Below are positions 10,026-21,618 of a stretch of DNA of 64,000 bases, in pieces; position 1 is the first letter of the stretch, and each line of letters starts with the position of its first letter. The stretch is from NCBI GenBank assembly GCA_900553225.1, contig USCV01000001.1, forward strand, positions 2,717-66,716, in the 5' to 3' direction. The DNA is from an uncultured Clostridium sp. GTDB lineage: Bacteria > Bacillota > Clostridia > TANB77 > CAG-508. The notes beneath the pieces were generated by a model. It did no database searches. It had not been told where the DNA came from and worked only from the letters and a program-made list of their open reading frames with translations. Made by a program: the position numbers and the translations under genes.

Positions 10026-10862
10026 ATGTTAAATATAGGTTGTCATTTATCTGCCTCAAAAGGTTTTAAAAACATGGGAGAAGAATCATTAAAAATAAAG
10101 GCTAATACTTTTCAGTTTTTTACCAGAAATCCAAGAGGCGGAAAAGCAAAGGAAATTAAACAAGATGATGTAGATAGTTTATTAAAAATAATGAAAGATA
10201 ATAATTTTGCACCAATTTTAGCTCATGCACCATATACACTAAACTTATGCTCAGGAGATGAAAAAATAAGAGAATTTGCTAAAAACACAATGGCAGATGA
10301 TTTAAAAAGAATGGAATATGTACCTGGAAATATGTATAATTTTCATCCAGGTAGCCATGTTGGACAAGGCGTAGAAGTTGGAATTGAATTTATTGCAGAA
10401 GCTTTAAACGAAGTTCTAAGTAAAGAACAAACAACAACAGTATTACTTGAAACAATGGCAGGAAAAGGAAGCGAAATTGGAAGAAACTTTGAAGAACTAA
10501 AACAAATAATAGACAAAGTAACTGTAAAAGAAAAACTAGGGGTTTGCCTAGATACATGCCATGTTAATGATGCAGGATATGATATTATAAATAATTTGGA
10601 TGGTGTATTAAAAGAATTTGATGAAATTATAGGATTAGATAGACTAAAGGCAATTCATATTAATGATAGTATGAATCCAATTGGAAGCCATAAAGATAGA
10701 CATCAAAAAATTGGCAAAGGAACTATTGGACTAGATGCTTTAGGAAGAATTATTAATCATCCAAAACTAAGAAAATTACCATTTTACTTAGAAACTCCAC
10801 AAGAAGATATTATGGGATATGCAAAAGAAATAGAATTATTAAGAAATTTATATATTAACTAA
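10026..10862 (+). CDS. nfo: Endonuclease IV (AP endonuclease, TIM barrel)
   Basis: [14 protein letters not shown]...HAPYTLNL...HVNDAGYD...HINDS matches the Nfo metal-binding pattern. AAAGGAGAG RBS before 10026; the track's GTG start at 9999 is less likely. Confidence 0.85.
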   Translation: MLNIGCHLSASKGFKNMGEESLKIKANTFQFFTRNPRGGKAKEIKQDDVDSLLKIMKDNNFAPILAHAPYTLNLCSGDEKIREFAKNTMADDLKRMEYVPGNMYNFHPGSHVGQGVEVGIEFIAEALNEVLSKEQTTTVLLETMAGKGSEIGRNFEELKQIIDKVTVKEKLGVCLDTCHVNDAGYDIINNLDGVLKEFDEIIGLDRLKAIHINDSMNPIGSHKDRHQKIGKGTIGLDALGRIINHPKLRKLPFYLETPQEDIMGYAKEIELLRNLYIN

Positions 10863-10932
10863 TAACGCAAATTATATAAAGGCACCTTTTAATAGCTTTT
10901 TAATAAAATAAAAGCATGGAGGTGCTTTTAAA

Positions 10933-11418
10933 ATGCAAGTAAAAGAGTATGATAAAGCAAAAGCAATAGAATATGCTAAAAAGTGGGCATATTCAAGAAA
11001 CACTAAGTTTTATGATTATGAAAACTTGGGTGGAGATTGTACAAATTTTATATCACAATGTATTTACGCAGGTACAAATACCATGAATTATAGCAATATA
11101 AATGGTTGGTATTACAATAATGCAAATGCAAAATCACCATCGTGGACTGGCGTAGAATTTTTATATAAATTTTTAACTACAAATAAAACTGTAGGCCCAT
11201 TTGGAAATGAAGTTAATAGAATTGAAATTGACAATGGAGATATAGTACAATTATCTTTTGATGGAATAAAATTTGCGCATTCTTTATTTATAGTTAATCG
11301 TATAAATGATAAAATTTTTGTTGCAACACATACATTCGATGCTTTTAATAGAGACTTAGACACATATCATTATTCAAAACTAAGATATATAAAAATAAAA
11401 GGTTATAGAGATTGGTAA
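10933..11418 (+). CDS. Putative amidase-domain protein (PF12671-like)
   Basis: GGDCTNFISQCIYAG matches the putative amidase domain signature. Confidence 0.5.
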   Translation: MQVKEYDKAKAIEYAKKWAYSRNTKFYDYENLGGDCTNFISQCIYAGTNTMNYSNINGWYYNNANAKSPSWTGVEFLYKFLTTNKTVGPFGNEVNRIEIDNGDIVQLSFDGIKFAHSLFIVNRINDKIFVATHTFDAFNRDLDTYHYSKLRYIKIKGYRDW

Positions 11419-11479
11419 AAAAATTATTAAATATATAAAACTTAATAATACAAGTAAATACTTTTAAATTTTTATTGAC

Positions 11480-11765
11480 AAACCAGTTATTAATAGTATA
11501 ATAAGAATAATTGAATTTGATTATGTTTTAAAAAGAAACCAGTAGTAAGTCTATAGTTATAAAAGAGAAATAGTGGAAGGTGCAAACTATTAGGTGTAGA
11601 TTTATGAATTACAATTCTTATATAGTAATTAACGTTAGCAACGAACAGCTAAATTTTGAGGCAATACTGCTTGAAAGTATTGTGAATAAAGGTGGTACCA
11701 CGAGTTAAATCGTCCTTTAACAGGGATTATTTAGCTCTTTTTTTATAAAAACAGATAGGGGGAAA
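11480..11765 (+). promoter_or_regulatory. T-box leader (tRNA-sensing riboswitch) controlling tyrS
   Basis: Conserved T-box sequence AATAAAGGTGGTACCACGAG at about 11680-11700, followed by a terminator/antiterminator region and a T-run directly upstream of tyrS. Confidence 0.7.
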
Positions 11766-11769
11766 ATAT

Positions 11770-12999
11770 ATGACATTATTTGAAGATTTAAAATGGAGAG
11801 GATTAATTAAAGATATTTCAAGTCCAGAATTAGAAAAAAAGCTAAATGAAGGTGGTATGAGCTTTTATATTGGTACAGATCCAACTGCAGATAGTTTACA
11901 TGTAGGACATTTATCAAGTTTCTTAATATCTAAAAGATTAAAAGATGCAGGACATCATCCAATATTATTAGTTGGTGGTGCTACAGGAATGATTGGAGAT
12001 CCAAGACCAACATCTGAAAGAGCTATGATATCAAAAGAAGAGGTCCAGAAAAATTTTGAAGCATTAAAAAAACAAGTAGAAGGTATTTTTGGCTTTGAAG
12101 TTGTAAATAATTATGATTGGATAAAAGATATTAATATAATAGAGTTCTTAAGAGATTATGGTAAATTTTTTAATATAAATTATATGTTAGATAAAGATAT
12201 AATAAGAAGAAGATTAGAAACTGGAATTACATTTGCAGAGTTTACATATATGATATTACAAGCACTAGACTTTAAATATTTACATGAAAATAAAGGTGTA
12301 AACCTTCAATGTGCAGGTTCAGATCAATGGGGAAATATAACTGCTGGAATAGATTTAATAAGAAAAACTACAGGAGACGAAGTATATGCATTTACAATGC
12401 CACTTGTAACAGATTCACAAGGCAAAAAGTTTGGCAAAAGTGAAGGAAACGCCTTATGGCTTGATAAAAATAAAACTTCTAGTTATAAACTATATCAATT
12501 CTTTATCAATGTTGAAGATTCTATGGTAATTGATTATTTGAAGATTTATACATTCCTATCAAAAGAAGAAATTGAAGAATTAGATAGAAAAAATAAAGAG
12601 CACCCAGAGTTAAGAGAAGCACATAAAACACTTGCAAAAGAAATAATAACTTTTCTTCATGGAAGAGAAGAGTACGAAAAGGCTGTAAAACTTGCAGAAA
12701 ACCTATTTCAAAATAAGTTTAAAAATATGTCAAAAGAAGATATTATTGAGCTATTTGGTGGAGAAGATATAAAAACAGTAAAAAGTAATGCAAATATTGT
12801 TGATTTTATTACTGATATGGGTGTTGTAAAAAGTAAAAGAGAAGCAAGAGAATTTATTTCTAATGGTGCAATTTCAGTTAATGGAGATAAAATTGAAAAC
12901 CAGGATATACAAATTACAGATGATATGTTTATTGATAATACTTATATTGTAGTTAAACGAGGAAAGAAGAATTATTATATAGGGAAAAGAGAACTGTAA
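11770..12999 (+). CDS. tyrS: Tyrosyl-tRNA synthetase
   Basis: HVGHL (HIGH) and KFGKSEGNALWL (KMSKS) motifs, with a C-terminal S4 domain. Confidence 0.95.
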   Translation: MTLFEDLKWRGLIKDISSPELEKKLNEGGMSFYIGTDPTADSLHVGHLSSFLISKRLKDAGHHPILLVGGATGMIGDPRPTSERAMISKEEVQKNFEALKKQVEGIFGFEVVNNYDWIKDINIIEFLRDYGKFFNINYMLDKDIIRRRLETGITFAEFTYMILQALDFKYLHENKGVNLQCAGSDQWGNITAGIDLIRKTTGDEVYAFTMPLVTDSQGKKFGKSEGNALWLDKNKTSSYKLYQFFINVEDSMVIDYLKIYTFLSKEEIEELDRKNKEHPELREAHKTLAKEIITFLHGREEYEKAVKLAENLFQNKFKNMSKEDIIELFGGEDIKTVKSNANIVDFITDMGVVKSKREAREFISNGAISVNGDKIENQDIQITDDMFIDNTYIVVKRGKKNYYIGKREL

Positions 13000-13155
13000 T
13001 TTTGATGTTTTTGATGTGTTGTAAAAAAAAAATAATTTTATGTAGATAAAGCATTTACAAAGACTTAGAATTATGAAATAATAAGAAAAATTCAAAATAT
13101 CATAGTAAAATAAGCAAATGATTAATATTAAATATTGGGGGAGAACATAAAAAAA

Positions 13156-13971
13156 ATGAAAAAAAATATATTAAAATTAGTTGGAATTATATTTATATTA
13201 GGAATTATTTTAACAACAACGGCAATTGTATATTTATATCACGAACCTAAAATAGCAGTGCTAAGTTACCATAACGTAGCTACAAATAAAAAAAGTTCAT
13301 CTGAGAAAAACTTATGGTGTATTTCAGTAGAAAATTTTGAAGAAGAAATGAAATACTTACATGATCATCATTATAAAACATTAACCATGGATGAATTTTG
13401 CAAATGGAAAAGAGGAGAAATTAACTTACCTTTTAAAAGCGTATTAGTAACTTTTGATGATGGTTTATTATCAAATTATCAGTTCGCATTTCCAATTTTA
13501 AAAAAATATAATATAAATGCAACTCTATTTATGATAGGAGAAAATAGTGAAAAAATAGGAGATACTCCGAATAATTGGACAGGAGAACTTATATCATACA
13601 TGTCAAAAGACCAAATAGAAAAAACAAAACAGGAATATCCAAATGTGGAAATTTATTCGCATACATATGGAATGCATAAAGAAGTAGATGGCATTGCGGC
13701 TGCAAAAAAATACAAAAAAGAACAAATGTTAGAGGATATTCAAAAATATGAAAATTACATGGGAAAAACAGAAGTTATAGCATATCCATTTGGGGTTACA
13801 AATGAGAGATTCATTAATGCATTAAAGAAAAAAGGATATAAATATGGTTTTGTTTTGGGGGATAATAAAAAAGCAACAAGAAAAGATAACGATTTTATGA
13901 TTAACCGTATCAACACATCATATGATAAAAAAATTTCACATTTTGGACTTCGCTTTTGGTTACCATATTAA
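13156..13971 (+). CDS. Polysaccharide deacetylase (NodB homology; PgdA-like), membrane-anchored
   Basis: N-terminal TM helix and the VTFDDGLLSNY NodB motif. Confidence 0.75.
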   Translation: MKKNILKLVGIIFILGIILTTTAIVYLYHEPKIAVLSYHNVATNKKSSSEKNLWCISVENFEEEMKYLHDHHYKTLTMDEFCKWKRGEINLPFKSVLVTFDDGLLSNYQFAFPILKKYNINATLFMIGENSEKIGDTPNNWTGELISYMSKDQIEKTKQEYPNVEIYSHTYGMHKEVDGIAAAKKYKKEQMLEDIQKYENYMGKTEVIAYPFGVTNERFINALKKKGYKYGFVLGDNKKATRKDNDFMINRINTSYDKKISHFGLRFWLPY

Positions 13972-14025
13972 TAAAATTCTAATTTATAATATAAATTAGA
14001 AAATAGAGTTTTAGGAGGCATTTTA

Positions 14026-14724
14026 ATGAACTGGAATGAACAAATGATAGAAAAATTAGAATGGAATTCAGAAATTACAAATAAAGAACAAAAACAAAAA
14101 CTAGCTCTAAAAGTAGCAGAAAAAGTAAAAGAAGGGGAAGTAATAGGATTTGGATCTGGCTCCACCTCTTTTCTTGCTGTTTGTGCTATTGCAGATAAAA
14201 TAAGAAAAGAAAAAATTAATATTACTGCAATACCAACATCCCATGAAATAAAAATGATATGTTCCTATTTTAAAATACCAACATGTACGCTATTAGAAAA
14301 AAAACCAGATTGGTGTTTCGATGGAGCAGATGAAGTAGACAAGCATGGATGGTTGATTAAAGGTAGAGGAGCAGCAATGTTTCAGGAAAAGCTTAATATT
14401 TTGAATTCAAATAAGAATTTTATTTTAATAGATGAAAGCAAAATTACATCAGAATTTGGAAAAAAATGTCCTATTCCTGTAGAATGTTTTCCTAATTCAA
14501 TGCTATATGTAAAAGAAAAATTATTCGAAATTGGAGCAAAAGAAATAAAATTAAGAAAAGCAGTTGCAAAAGATGGACCTGTTATAACTGAAAATGGAAA
14601 TTTTATTCTAGATACTAAATTTGAAGAAATTCATGAAGATTTGGAAAAACAAATGAAATGTATCTCAGGAGTAATTGAAACAGGACTTTTCATAGGATAT
14701 AATGTAAATATTGAAAAAATATAA
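14026..14724 (+). CDS. rpiA: Ribose-5-phosphate isomerase A
   Basis: GFGSGSTS...DGADEVD...KGRGAAMFQEK match RpiA active-site motifs. Confidence 0.85.
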   Translation: MNWNEQMIEKLEWNSEITNKEQKQKLALKVAEKVKEGEVIGFGSGSTSFLAVCAIADKIRKEKINITAIPTSHEIKMICSYFKIPTCTLLEKKPDWCFDGADEVDKHGWLIKGRGAAMFQEKLNILNSNKNFILIDESKITSEFGKKCPIPVECFPNSMLYVKEKLFEIGAKEIKLRKAVAKDGPVITENGNFILDTKFEEIHEDLEKQMKCISGVIETGLFIGYNVNIEKI

Positions 14725-14745
14725 AAAGGAAAAGAGGAATAAAAG

Positions 14746-15843
14746 ATGTGGGGAGATATAGCAATAGCATTTTTATTAGCATTCATTACAGCTTTTGTAA
14801 TAACACCATATACAATGAGACTTGCAAAGAAAGTTGGAGCAATAGATATTCCAAATGAGAGAAGAATAAACAAAAAACCGATGCCAAGACTTGGGGGAGT
14901 TGCAGTAATATGTGGTTTCTTTGTATCAATTATATACTTATTATTAACAATGGGTATAGAAAAAAAAGTTAACTTTTTTGGGGAAGAACAATATTACCTG
15001 AAACTTATTGGATTTTTTGTTGGAATTATAGTATTAGGTATTACATGTTTTATAGATGATTCTAAGAATATACCTCCATTAGTAAAATTGTCTGGGCAAA
15101 TAGCGGCTGCAGTAATTGTAGTTGCTTGCGGAGTCAAAATCGAAAATATAAATATTCCTTTCTTTGATAACGCAATACCAATTAATCAAATATTAACATA
15201 TACAATTACAATAGGTTGGATTGTAGGAATAACAAATGCTATTAATTTAATTGATGGTTTAGATGGTCTATCATCTGGAATCACATTAATTTCATGTTTA
15301 TCACTTCTAATTATTTTCTCATTAAATGGAGCTTCAATAGTGCCAATTATATTAATAACAGCACTTGCAGGAAGCATTGTAGGCTTCCTTCCATACAACT
15401 TCAATCCTGCTAAAACATATATTGGTGATACTGGTTCTAATTTTTTGGGATATTCATTAGCAGTAATATCAATAATTGGTGTAGCAAAAACATATACAGC
15501 AATTGTATTAATTGCACCTTTAATAGTATTAGGACTGCCAATTTTTGATACATTATTTGCAATTGTAAGAAGAGTTATCAAGGGCAAATCTATAAAAGCA
15601 ATATTATCTCCAGACAAAGGACATTTACATCATAGGCTAATGGCAAAAGGATATACGCAGAAACAATCAGTTCTAATTTTATATGGAATTAGTGCAACAT
15701 TAGGTATGTTTGCAATCATATTATTAGATAGTGGAATATGGAAAGCTATATCATTTGCATTAATAATACTTGCAATTATTGGTATTGGATATAAAGATAT
15801 ATTTAAGACAAATAAAAATGATGAAAACAATAAAGAAAGCTGA
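14746..15843 (+). CDS. tagO: UDP-GlcNAc:undecaprenyl-phosphate GlcNAc-1-phosphate transferase (GT4 MraY/WecA/TagO family)
   Basis: PMPRLGG, NAINLIDGLDGL and GDTGSNFLGY motifs, with 10-11 TM helices. Confidence 0.85.
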   Translation: MWGDIAIAFLLAFITAFVITPYTMRLAKKVGAIDIPNERRINKKPMPRLGGVAVICGFFVSIIYLLLTMGIEKKVNFFGEEQYYLKLIGFFVGIIVLGITCFIDDSKNIPPLVKLSGQIAAAVIVVACGVKIENINIPFFDNAIPINQILTYTITIGWIVGITNAINLIDGLDGLSSGITLISCLSLLIIFSLNGASIVPIILITALAGSIVGFLPYNFNPAKTYIGDTGSNFLGYSLAVISIIGVAKTYTAIVLIAPLIVLGLPIFDTLFAIVRRVIKGKSIKAILSPDKGHLHHRLMAKGYTQKQSVLILYGISATLGMFAIILLDSGIWKAISFALIILAIIGIGYKDIFKTNKNDENNKES

Positions 15844-15853
15844 GGTATGGTAA

Positions 15854-16891
15854 ATGATAATATTAACTGTAAAAGGCGCAGGAAGTTTTAATGCTGGACC
15901 GAAAGCGCCAAGCGATATAATTGAAATATTAACTAAAAAATATAATGCGGAAAGTGTATTACTAGTTCAGGGAAACGGAATTATAGAAAAAATTAAATAT
16001 AGAAAAAAAATATTTTCAACAATTCTAAAAAGCAAAAAGAAAAAAGAAGTTCTTGTTCTTCAATTCCCTATGTATGAAACTACGAAAATACTTAATAGAT
16101 TATTTTTAATGGCATTAAGCTTTGTTAATAAAGATAAAACAGTGGTATTAATACATGATTTAGATAGCATAAGAGGAAATGATGAAATACTAAAAAAACA
16201 AGAGTTTGATAGACTATCTAAAATAAAATATATAATTGCACATAATGAAAGAATGAAAAAATATCTAGAAGAAATGGGATTAAATGCCAATATTTATACA
16301 TTAGATTTATTTGATTATATTTGCGATAAAAAAGAAAATTACACAAGAAAAAATAATACAATTGAACCTAATTCTTTAAAAATTGCTTATGCTGGAAACT
16401 TAATCAAAGCCAAAAGTCCATATTTATATCAATTAGATAAAGATAAAATGAATTTTTATATTAATTTGTACGGTGTAGGAATCGAAAATAATATAAATGA
16501 AAGGTTGATATATAATGGCAAATATCCACCTAATGAATTACCAGATAAAATAGAAGCAAATCTAGGTCTAATATGGGATGGAAATTTTGACGATAGTGAT
16601 GAAAATGTTGGATTTAAAAAATATACAAAATATAATAATCCACATAAATTATCTTGCTATATTGCAGCAGGACTACCTGTTATAGTGTGGAAAAAAGCAG
16701 CTATTGCTGATTTTGTTAATAAATATAACATTGGTTATACAATTAGTAAGATATATGATATAAATGAAATTGATCTATCAGACTACAATCAGAAACTTGC
16801 CAATATTTCGAAATTACAACAAGAAGTAAGAAATGGCGAGTTTACAATCAGAGTTTTTGATAAAGTTTTAAAAGATATGGAGGAAAAATAA
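15854..16891 (+). CDS. Putative glycosyltransferase, possibly a galactofuranosyltransferase (WbbI-like)
   Basis: Soluble ~345-aa protein immediately upstream of glf. Weak resemblance to beta-galactofuranosyltransferases. The call rests mainly on context. Confidence 0.35.
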   Translation: MIILTVKGAGSFNAGPKAPSDIIEILTKKYNAESVLLVQGNGIIEKIKYRKKIFSTILKSKKKKEVLVLQFPMYETTKILNRLFLMALSFVNKDKTVVLIHDLDSIRGNDEILKKQEFDRLSKIKYIIAHNERMKKYLEEMGLNANIYTLDLFDYICDKKENYTRKNNTIEPNSLKIAYAGNLIKAKSPYLYQLDKDKMNFYINLYGVGIENNINERLIYNGKYPPNELPDKIEANLGLIWDGNFDDSDENVGFKKYTKYNNPHKLSCYIAAGLPVIVWKKAAIADFVNKYNIGYTISKIYDINEIDLSDYNQKLANISKLQQEVRNGEFTIRVFDKVLKDMEEK

Positions 16892-17995
16892 ATGAGTAGA
16901 TATGATTATTTAATAGTAGGTTCGGGATTATTTGGAAGTATATTTGCATATGAAGCAAATAAAAGAGGGAAAAAATGTTTAGTAATTGATAAAAGAAACC
17001 ATATAGGAGGAAATATATACACAAAAGAAGTTGAAGGAATTAATGTACACGAATATGGTGCACATATTTTTCATACAAGCAATAAAGAAGTATGGGACTA
17101 TATAAATCAATTTGCAGAGTTTAACAGATATACAAATTCGCCTGTTGCAAATTATAAAGGGGAAATATACAATTTACCATTTAATATGAATACATTTAAT
17201 AAATTATGGGGTGTAGTAACACCAGAACAGGCTAAAGAAAAAATTGAAGAAGAAAAAAGAAGCAGCAACATTAAAGAACCTAAAAATCTTGAGGAACAAG
17301 CTATCAATTTGATTGGAAAAACTATTTATGAAAAATTAGTAAAGGGATATACTGAAAAGCAATGGGGAAAAAAGGCTACAGAGTTGCCTTCTTTTATCAT
17401 AAAAAGATTACCAGTTAGATTTATTTATGACAACAACTATTTTAATGACACATACCAAGGAATTCCTATTGGTGGATATACAAAAATAATTGAAAAAATG
17501 TTAGATGGAATTGAAGTAAAATTAAATTACGATTTCTTCGAACACAGAAATGAACTAGAAAATATTTCAAAAAAAATTGTATTTACAGGAATGATTGATA
17601 AATATTACGATTATAAATTTGGAGAGTTGGAATATAGAAGTCTAAGATTTGAAACAGAAGTTTTAGATGTTTCTAACTATCAAGGAAATGCTGTTATAAA
17701 TTATACGGATTATGAAACACCTTTTACAAGGATTATCGAACATAAACACTTTGAATTTGGTACACAGGAAAAAACTGTAATAACAAGAGAATACCCTGAT
17801 AATTGGACAAGCGAAAAAGAACCATATTATCCAATTAATAACGAAAAAAATAATGCACTATATGAAAAATATAAAGAATTATCTGAAAAAGAACCAAATG
17901 TCATTTTTGGAGGCAGATTAGGTCAATATAAATATTATGATATGCATAAAGTTATAGAAGAAGCATTATTATGTGCAAAAAGAGAGTTAGAATAA
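16892..17995 (+). CDS. glf: UDP-galactopyranose mutase
   Basis: YDYLIVGSGLFGSIFA FAD-binding N-terminus. Length and conserved blocks match Glf. Confidence 0.9.
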   Translation: MSRYDYLIVGSGLFGSIFAYEANKRGKKCLVIDKRNHIGGNIYTKEVEGINVHEYGAHIFHTSNKEVWDYINQFAEFNRYTNSPVANYKGEIYNLPFNMNTFNKLWGVVTPEQAKEKIEEEKRSSNIKEPKNLEEQAINLIGKTIYEKLVKGYTEKQWGKKATELPSFIIKRLPVRFIYDNNYFNDTYQGIPIGGYTKIIEKMLDGIEVKLNYDFFEHRNELENISKKIVFTGMIDKYYDYKFGELEYRSLRFETEVLDVSNYQGNAVINYTDYETPFTRIIEHKHFEFGTQEKTVITREYPDNWTSEKEPYYPINNEKNNALYEKYKELSEKEPNVIFGGRLGQYKYYDMHKVIEEALLCAKRELE

Positions 17996-18014
17996 AATCC
18001 TAGGAGGAAAATGA

Positions 18015-18989
18015 ATGGAAAAAGTAAGGGAACTTTTGAAGAAGAACAAATTAATTTTTGGAATTTGGAATAAATTTTATCAAAGAAAATTAAATAAAAA
18101 AGAAGAAGCAAAGTTAAAAGGAAAATATGAATTTATTGACAGAAGTAAAAAAAGCGAAAATTTATGCATAATTTTAGCAGGGTATAAAGAATTCTTATGG
18201 AAGGAAGTATTTGAAAGAATTGAAAAATTTATTCCTAAAGATTTTGATGTTTGCATTGTTTCTCCAGGAATGTTTAATGAAAAATTAGTAGAATTGTGTG
18301 AAAAAAATAGTTGGTCATATTTAAGTGTAGAAATGAACAAAGTTACTTTAGCACAGAATATAGCAATTCATTTACATAAAAGCGCAAAGTATATTTATAA
18401 ATTAGATGAAGATATGTTTATTACAGAAGGATTTTTTGAAAACTTGAAAGAAACATATTTAAAAGTTAAAGAAGAAAATAAGTATAAAGTAGGCTTTGTA
18501 GCACCGTTAATTAATATTAATGGATATAGTTACAGAAGGATCTTAGAGAAAACTAATTTGTTATCAAAATTTGAAGAAAAATTTAAATCAGCATATATGG
18601 ATGCGACTCCTGGAGAACAAATTATTGAAAATGGAGAGATTGCAAAATTTATGTGGGGAAATGGCAATCAAGAATTAAAAAATATAGATGAAATTTCACG
18701 AAAATTTTCTAAGGAAGAATTTTCATATTCAATTTGTCCAATTAGATTTAGTATAGGAGCTATATTGTTGCCAAGAGAAACATGGAATAAAATGGAGAAA
18801 TTTGATGTGTGTAGAGGAAACAATATGGGGTTAGATGAAGTAAAACTTTGTCAGTTTTGTACAATATATAGTAGAGTAATGGTTATATCAGAAAATATAT
18901 TGGTAGGACATTTTTCATATGGTCCACAAACTTCAGAAATGAAGAAATATTACCAAGAACATAAAGAAATATTTTCATTAAAAAGTTAA
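18015..18989 (+). CDS. Hypothetical protein, candidate glycosyltransferase of uncharacterised family (DED motif)
   Basis: No recognised domain. A KLDEDMF acidic motif and its position among GT genes suggest a transferase. Confidence 0.3.
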   Translation: MEKVRELLKKNKLIFGIWNKFYQRKLNKKEEAKLKGKYEFIDRSKKSENLCIILAGYKEFLWKEVFERIEKFIPKDFDVCIVSPGMFNEKLVELCEKNSWSYLSVEMNKVTLAQNIAIHLHKSAKYIYKLDEDMFITEGFFENLKETYLKVKEENKYKVGFVAPLININGYSYRRILEKTNLLSKFEEKFKSAYMDATPGEQIIENGEIAKFMWGNGNQELKNIDEISRKFSKEEFSYSICPIRFSIGAILLPRETWNKMEKFDVCRGNNMGLDEVKLCQFCTIYSRVMVISENILVGHFSYGPQTSEMKKYYQEHKEIFSLKS

Positions 18990-19005
18990 TATGAAAGGAT
19001 ATACG

Positions 19006-20472
19006 ATGAGTAAAAAGAGTATTTCAAAAAATTATTTTTATAATTTATTTTATCAGATATTAGTAATTGTAATGCCACTTATTACAACACCATATTTATC
19101 TAGAGTACTAGGCGCTGAAAGCATAGGAATTTATAGTTATACATTATCAATTGCTACATATTTTATTCTTTTTGGAACACTAGGAATCTCTATGTATGGT
19201 CAAAGAGAAATTGCATATGTTCAAGATGATGAGAAAAAAAGAAGCATTGTGTTTTGGGAAATAGTATTGCTTAAAGCAATAACAATGACAATTTCAATAT
19301 TAATATTCTGGTTTACTTATGGAATGTATGGAGAATATAAAATATACTATAGGATTTTGATTATTGAATTAATAAGCCAGTGTATTGATATTAGTTGGTT
19401 CTTTCAGGGCATTGAAGAATTTAAAAAAACTGTTATTAGAAATTCTATAGTAAAACTCATATTTGCTGTATGTATATTTATATTTGTAAAATCTCCAAAT
19501 GATTTAATAAAATATATTGTTATAATTGCAGGAGCTAATTTATTTGGAAATTTATCTTTATGGATGTATGTTCCTAAGTATATAAAAAAAATAGAATTAA
19601 AGAAATTACATATTTTTAAACATTTAAAGCCAACTATACTTCTATTTATTCCACAAATCGCAGTACAAATTTATACTGTACTTGATAAAACAATGCTTGG
19701 TATGATGATTGAAGATAAATCAGAGGTTGGTTTTTACGAGCAATCACAAAAGGTAGTAAAATTATTGCTAACTTTGACTACTTCATTAGGAACAGTTATG
19801 GTTCCAAGAATGGCAAGTACATTTGCTAAAGGAGATAAAGAACAATTAAAAAGATACATGTACCGTTCATTTAGTTTTGTTTTCTTTTTGGCATTTCCAA
19901 TAATGGCAGGACTTATATTAATTTCGGGTGAATTTGTGCCAATCTTTTTTGGGCAAGGATATGAGAAAGTTATAGTATTAATAAATGTCATTGTTCCGAT
20001 TACATTATTTATTGGACTTAGCAATATAACTGGAATCCAGTATCTATTACCAACAAAAAGACAAACCGAATTTACTATTTCTGTTGTGATAGGTGCAGTT
20101 GCAAACTTTATCTTGAATTTAATTACAATAAAAAAATATGCTTCAATTGGAGCATCAATCACTACAGTTATAGCTGAGTTTTTGGTAACAGCTGTTCAGT
20201 TTTACTTTGTTAGAAAGGAAATAAATATAAAAAAGGTACTATTACTATCAAAAAACAACGTTATTGCTGCAGTTGTTATGTTTATAACAGTATATATGAC
20301 ATCAAAAATTTTACCATTACATGGAATATATATTATTATAGCCCAAATGATTGAAGGATGTATAATATATGGTATTGTATTAATTTTACTAAAAGATAGT
20401 TTTATTCATGATGTTTTTAATAAAATAAATGAAAAAAAGAATGTTGTAATAGAAAAGTTTAGGAGTAATTAA
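19006..20472 (+). CDS. wzx: Wzx-type oligosaccharide-unit flippase (polysaccharide biosynthesis protein, MOP superfamily)
   Basis: Fourteen predicted TM segments. N-terminal YNLFYQILVIVMPLITTPYLSRVLGAESIGIYSY is typical of Wzx. Confidence 0.8.
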   Translation: MSKKSISKNYFYNLFYQILVIVMPLITTPYLSRVLGAESIGIYSYTLSIATYFILFGTLGISMYGQREIAYVQDDEKKRSIVFWEIVLLKAITMTISILIFWFTYGMYGEYKIYYRILIIELISQCIDISWFFQGIEEFKKTVIRNSIVKLIFAVCIFIFVKSPNDLIKYIVIIAGANLFGNLSLWMYVPKYIKKIELKKLHIFKHLKPTILLFIPQIAVQIYTVLDKTMLGMMIEDKSEVGFYEQSQKVVKLLLTLTTSLGTVMVPRMASTFAKGDKEQLKRYMYRSFSFVFFLAFPIMAGLILISGEFVPIFFGQGYEKVIVLINVIVPITLFIGLSNITGIQYLLPTKRQTEFTISVVIGAVANFILNLITIKKYASIGASITTVIAEFLVTAVQFYFVRKEINIKKVLLLSKNNVIAAVVMFITVYMTSKILPLHGIYIIIAQMIEGCIIYGIVLILLKDSFIHDVFNKINEKKNVVIEKFRSN

Positions 20473-20473
20473 G

Positions 20474-21604
20474 ATGAAAAAAATAACAATATTATTATTA
20501 CATATGCAACATGGAGGTATTGAAAAGCAGACCATTTCTTTTGCAAATGAATTAAGCAAAAAATATAATGTTGAAATTATATCTGCATATTCAATGAAAA
20601 AGGATCCTGCTTATGAAGTAAATCAAAAAATCAGTATAAAATATTTAATCAATGATGAACCTAATAGAATAGAATTTAAGAAAGCAGTAAAAAGTAAAAA
20701 CCCATTTAAAATAATAAAGCAAGGTTTCAAAGCAATAAAAATATTGTACTTAAAAAATGCATTAATGGTTAGAGCAATAAAAAAAATAGACTCAGACTTT
20801 GTATTATCAACACGAATCGAATATGCAAAAATGCTTTCGAGATATGCACCAAAGTCGGTTGTTACAATGACACAGGAGCACCTTCATGATGATTCGAAAA
20901 AATACATAAAAAGGATAAAAAAATCTTTTAAAAATTTAGATTATCTTATTGTGCTTGGACCAGGTTCTAGAGAAAATTATAGTAAATGGTTAAAAGATAA
21001 TAAAAAGATAAAAATTGTTGAGATTCCTAATATGCTAGAAGAAATACCAAAAGAGAGCAGTTTACTAAATGGCAATAAATTAATTGCAATTGGAAGATTA
21101 CATCCTGTTAAAGATTTTGAAACATTGATACATGTATTTTACAAAGTACAAAAACAAATTCAAACTGCAACTCTTACCATAGTTGGTGGAGGAGATGAAT
21201 ATGAAAAATTAAAGAACTTGACTATGGATCTAGGCATACAAGATAAAGTTGAAATTACAGGAATGGCTTCAAAAGAGCAAGTAAAAGAGTATTTACTAAG
21301 TTCAGACATATATGTTATGACATCTTTAACGGAATGTTTTCCAATGGTTTTATTAGAAGCAGCATCATGTGGACTTCCATTAATTGCATTTGATGTCCCA
21401 GTCGGACCAAGAGCTATTATAAAAGAAGATGAAGACGGATATTTAATTGCAAATAGAAATCAAGATGAAATGGCAAAAAAAATTATAGATTTATTGAATG
21501 ACAGGGAAAAACTAAGCAAACTTGGAGAAAAGGCTAAAGAACAATCATTTTGTTATATACCAAGTAAAATTATGAAAAAATGGGACGACATTTTTCAAAA
21601 GTGA
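20474..21604 (+). CDS. GT4 glycosyltransferase (GT-B)
   Basis: C-terminal ...TECFPMVLLEAASCGLPLIAFD matches the EX7E GT4 signature. Confidence 0.8.
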   Translation: MKKITILLLHMQHGGIEKQTISFANELSKKYNVEIISAYSMKKDPAYEVNQKISIKYLINDEPNRIEFKKAVKSKNPFKIIKQGFKAIKILYLKNALMVRAIKKIDSDFVLSTRIEYAKMLSRYAPKSVVTMTQEHLHDDSKKYIKRIKKSFKNLDYLIVLGPGSRENYSKWLKDNKKIKIVEIPNMLEEIPKESSLLNGNKLIAIGRLHPVKDFETLIHVFYKVQKQIQTATLTIVGGGDEYEKLKNLTMDLGIQDKVEITGMASKEQVKEYLLSSDIYVMTSLTECFPMVLLEAASCGLPLIAFDVPVGPRAIIKEDEDGYLIANRNQDEMAKKIIDLLNDREKLSKLGEKAKEQSFCYIPSKIMKKWDDIFQK

Positions 21605-21618
21605 AATGGAGGTAAAGT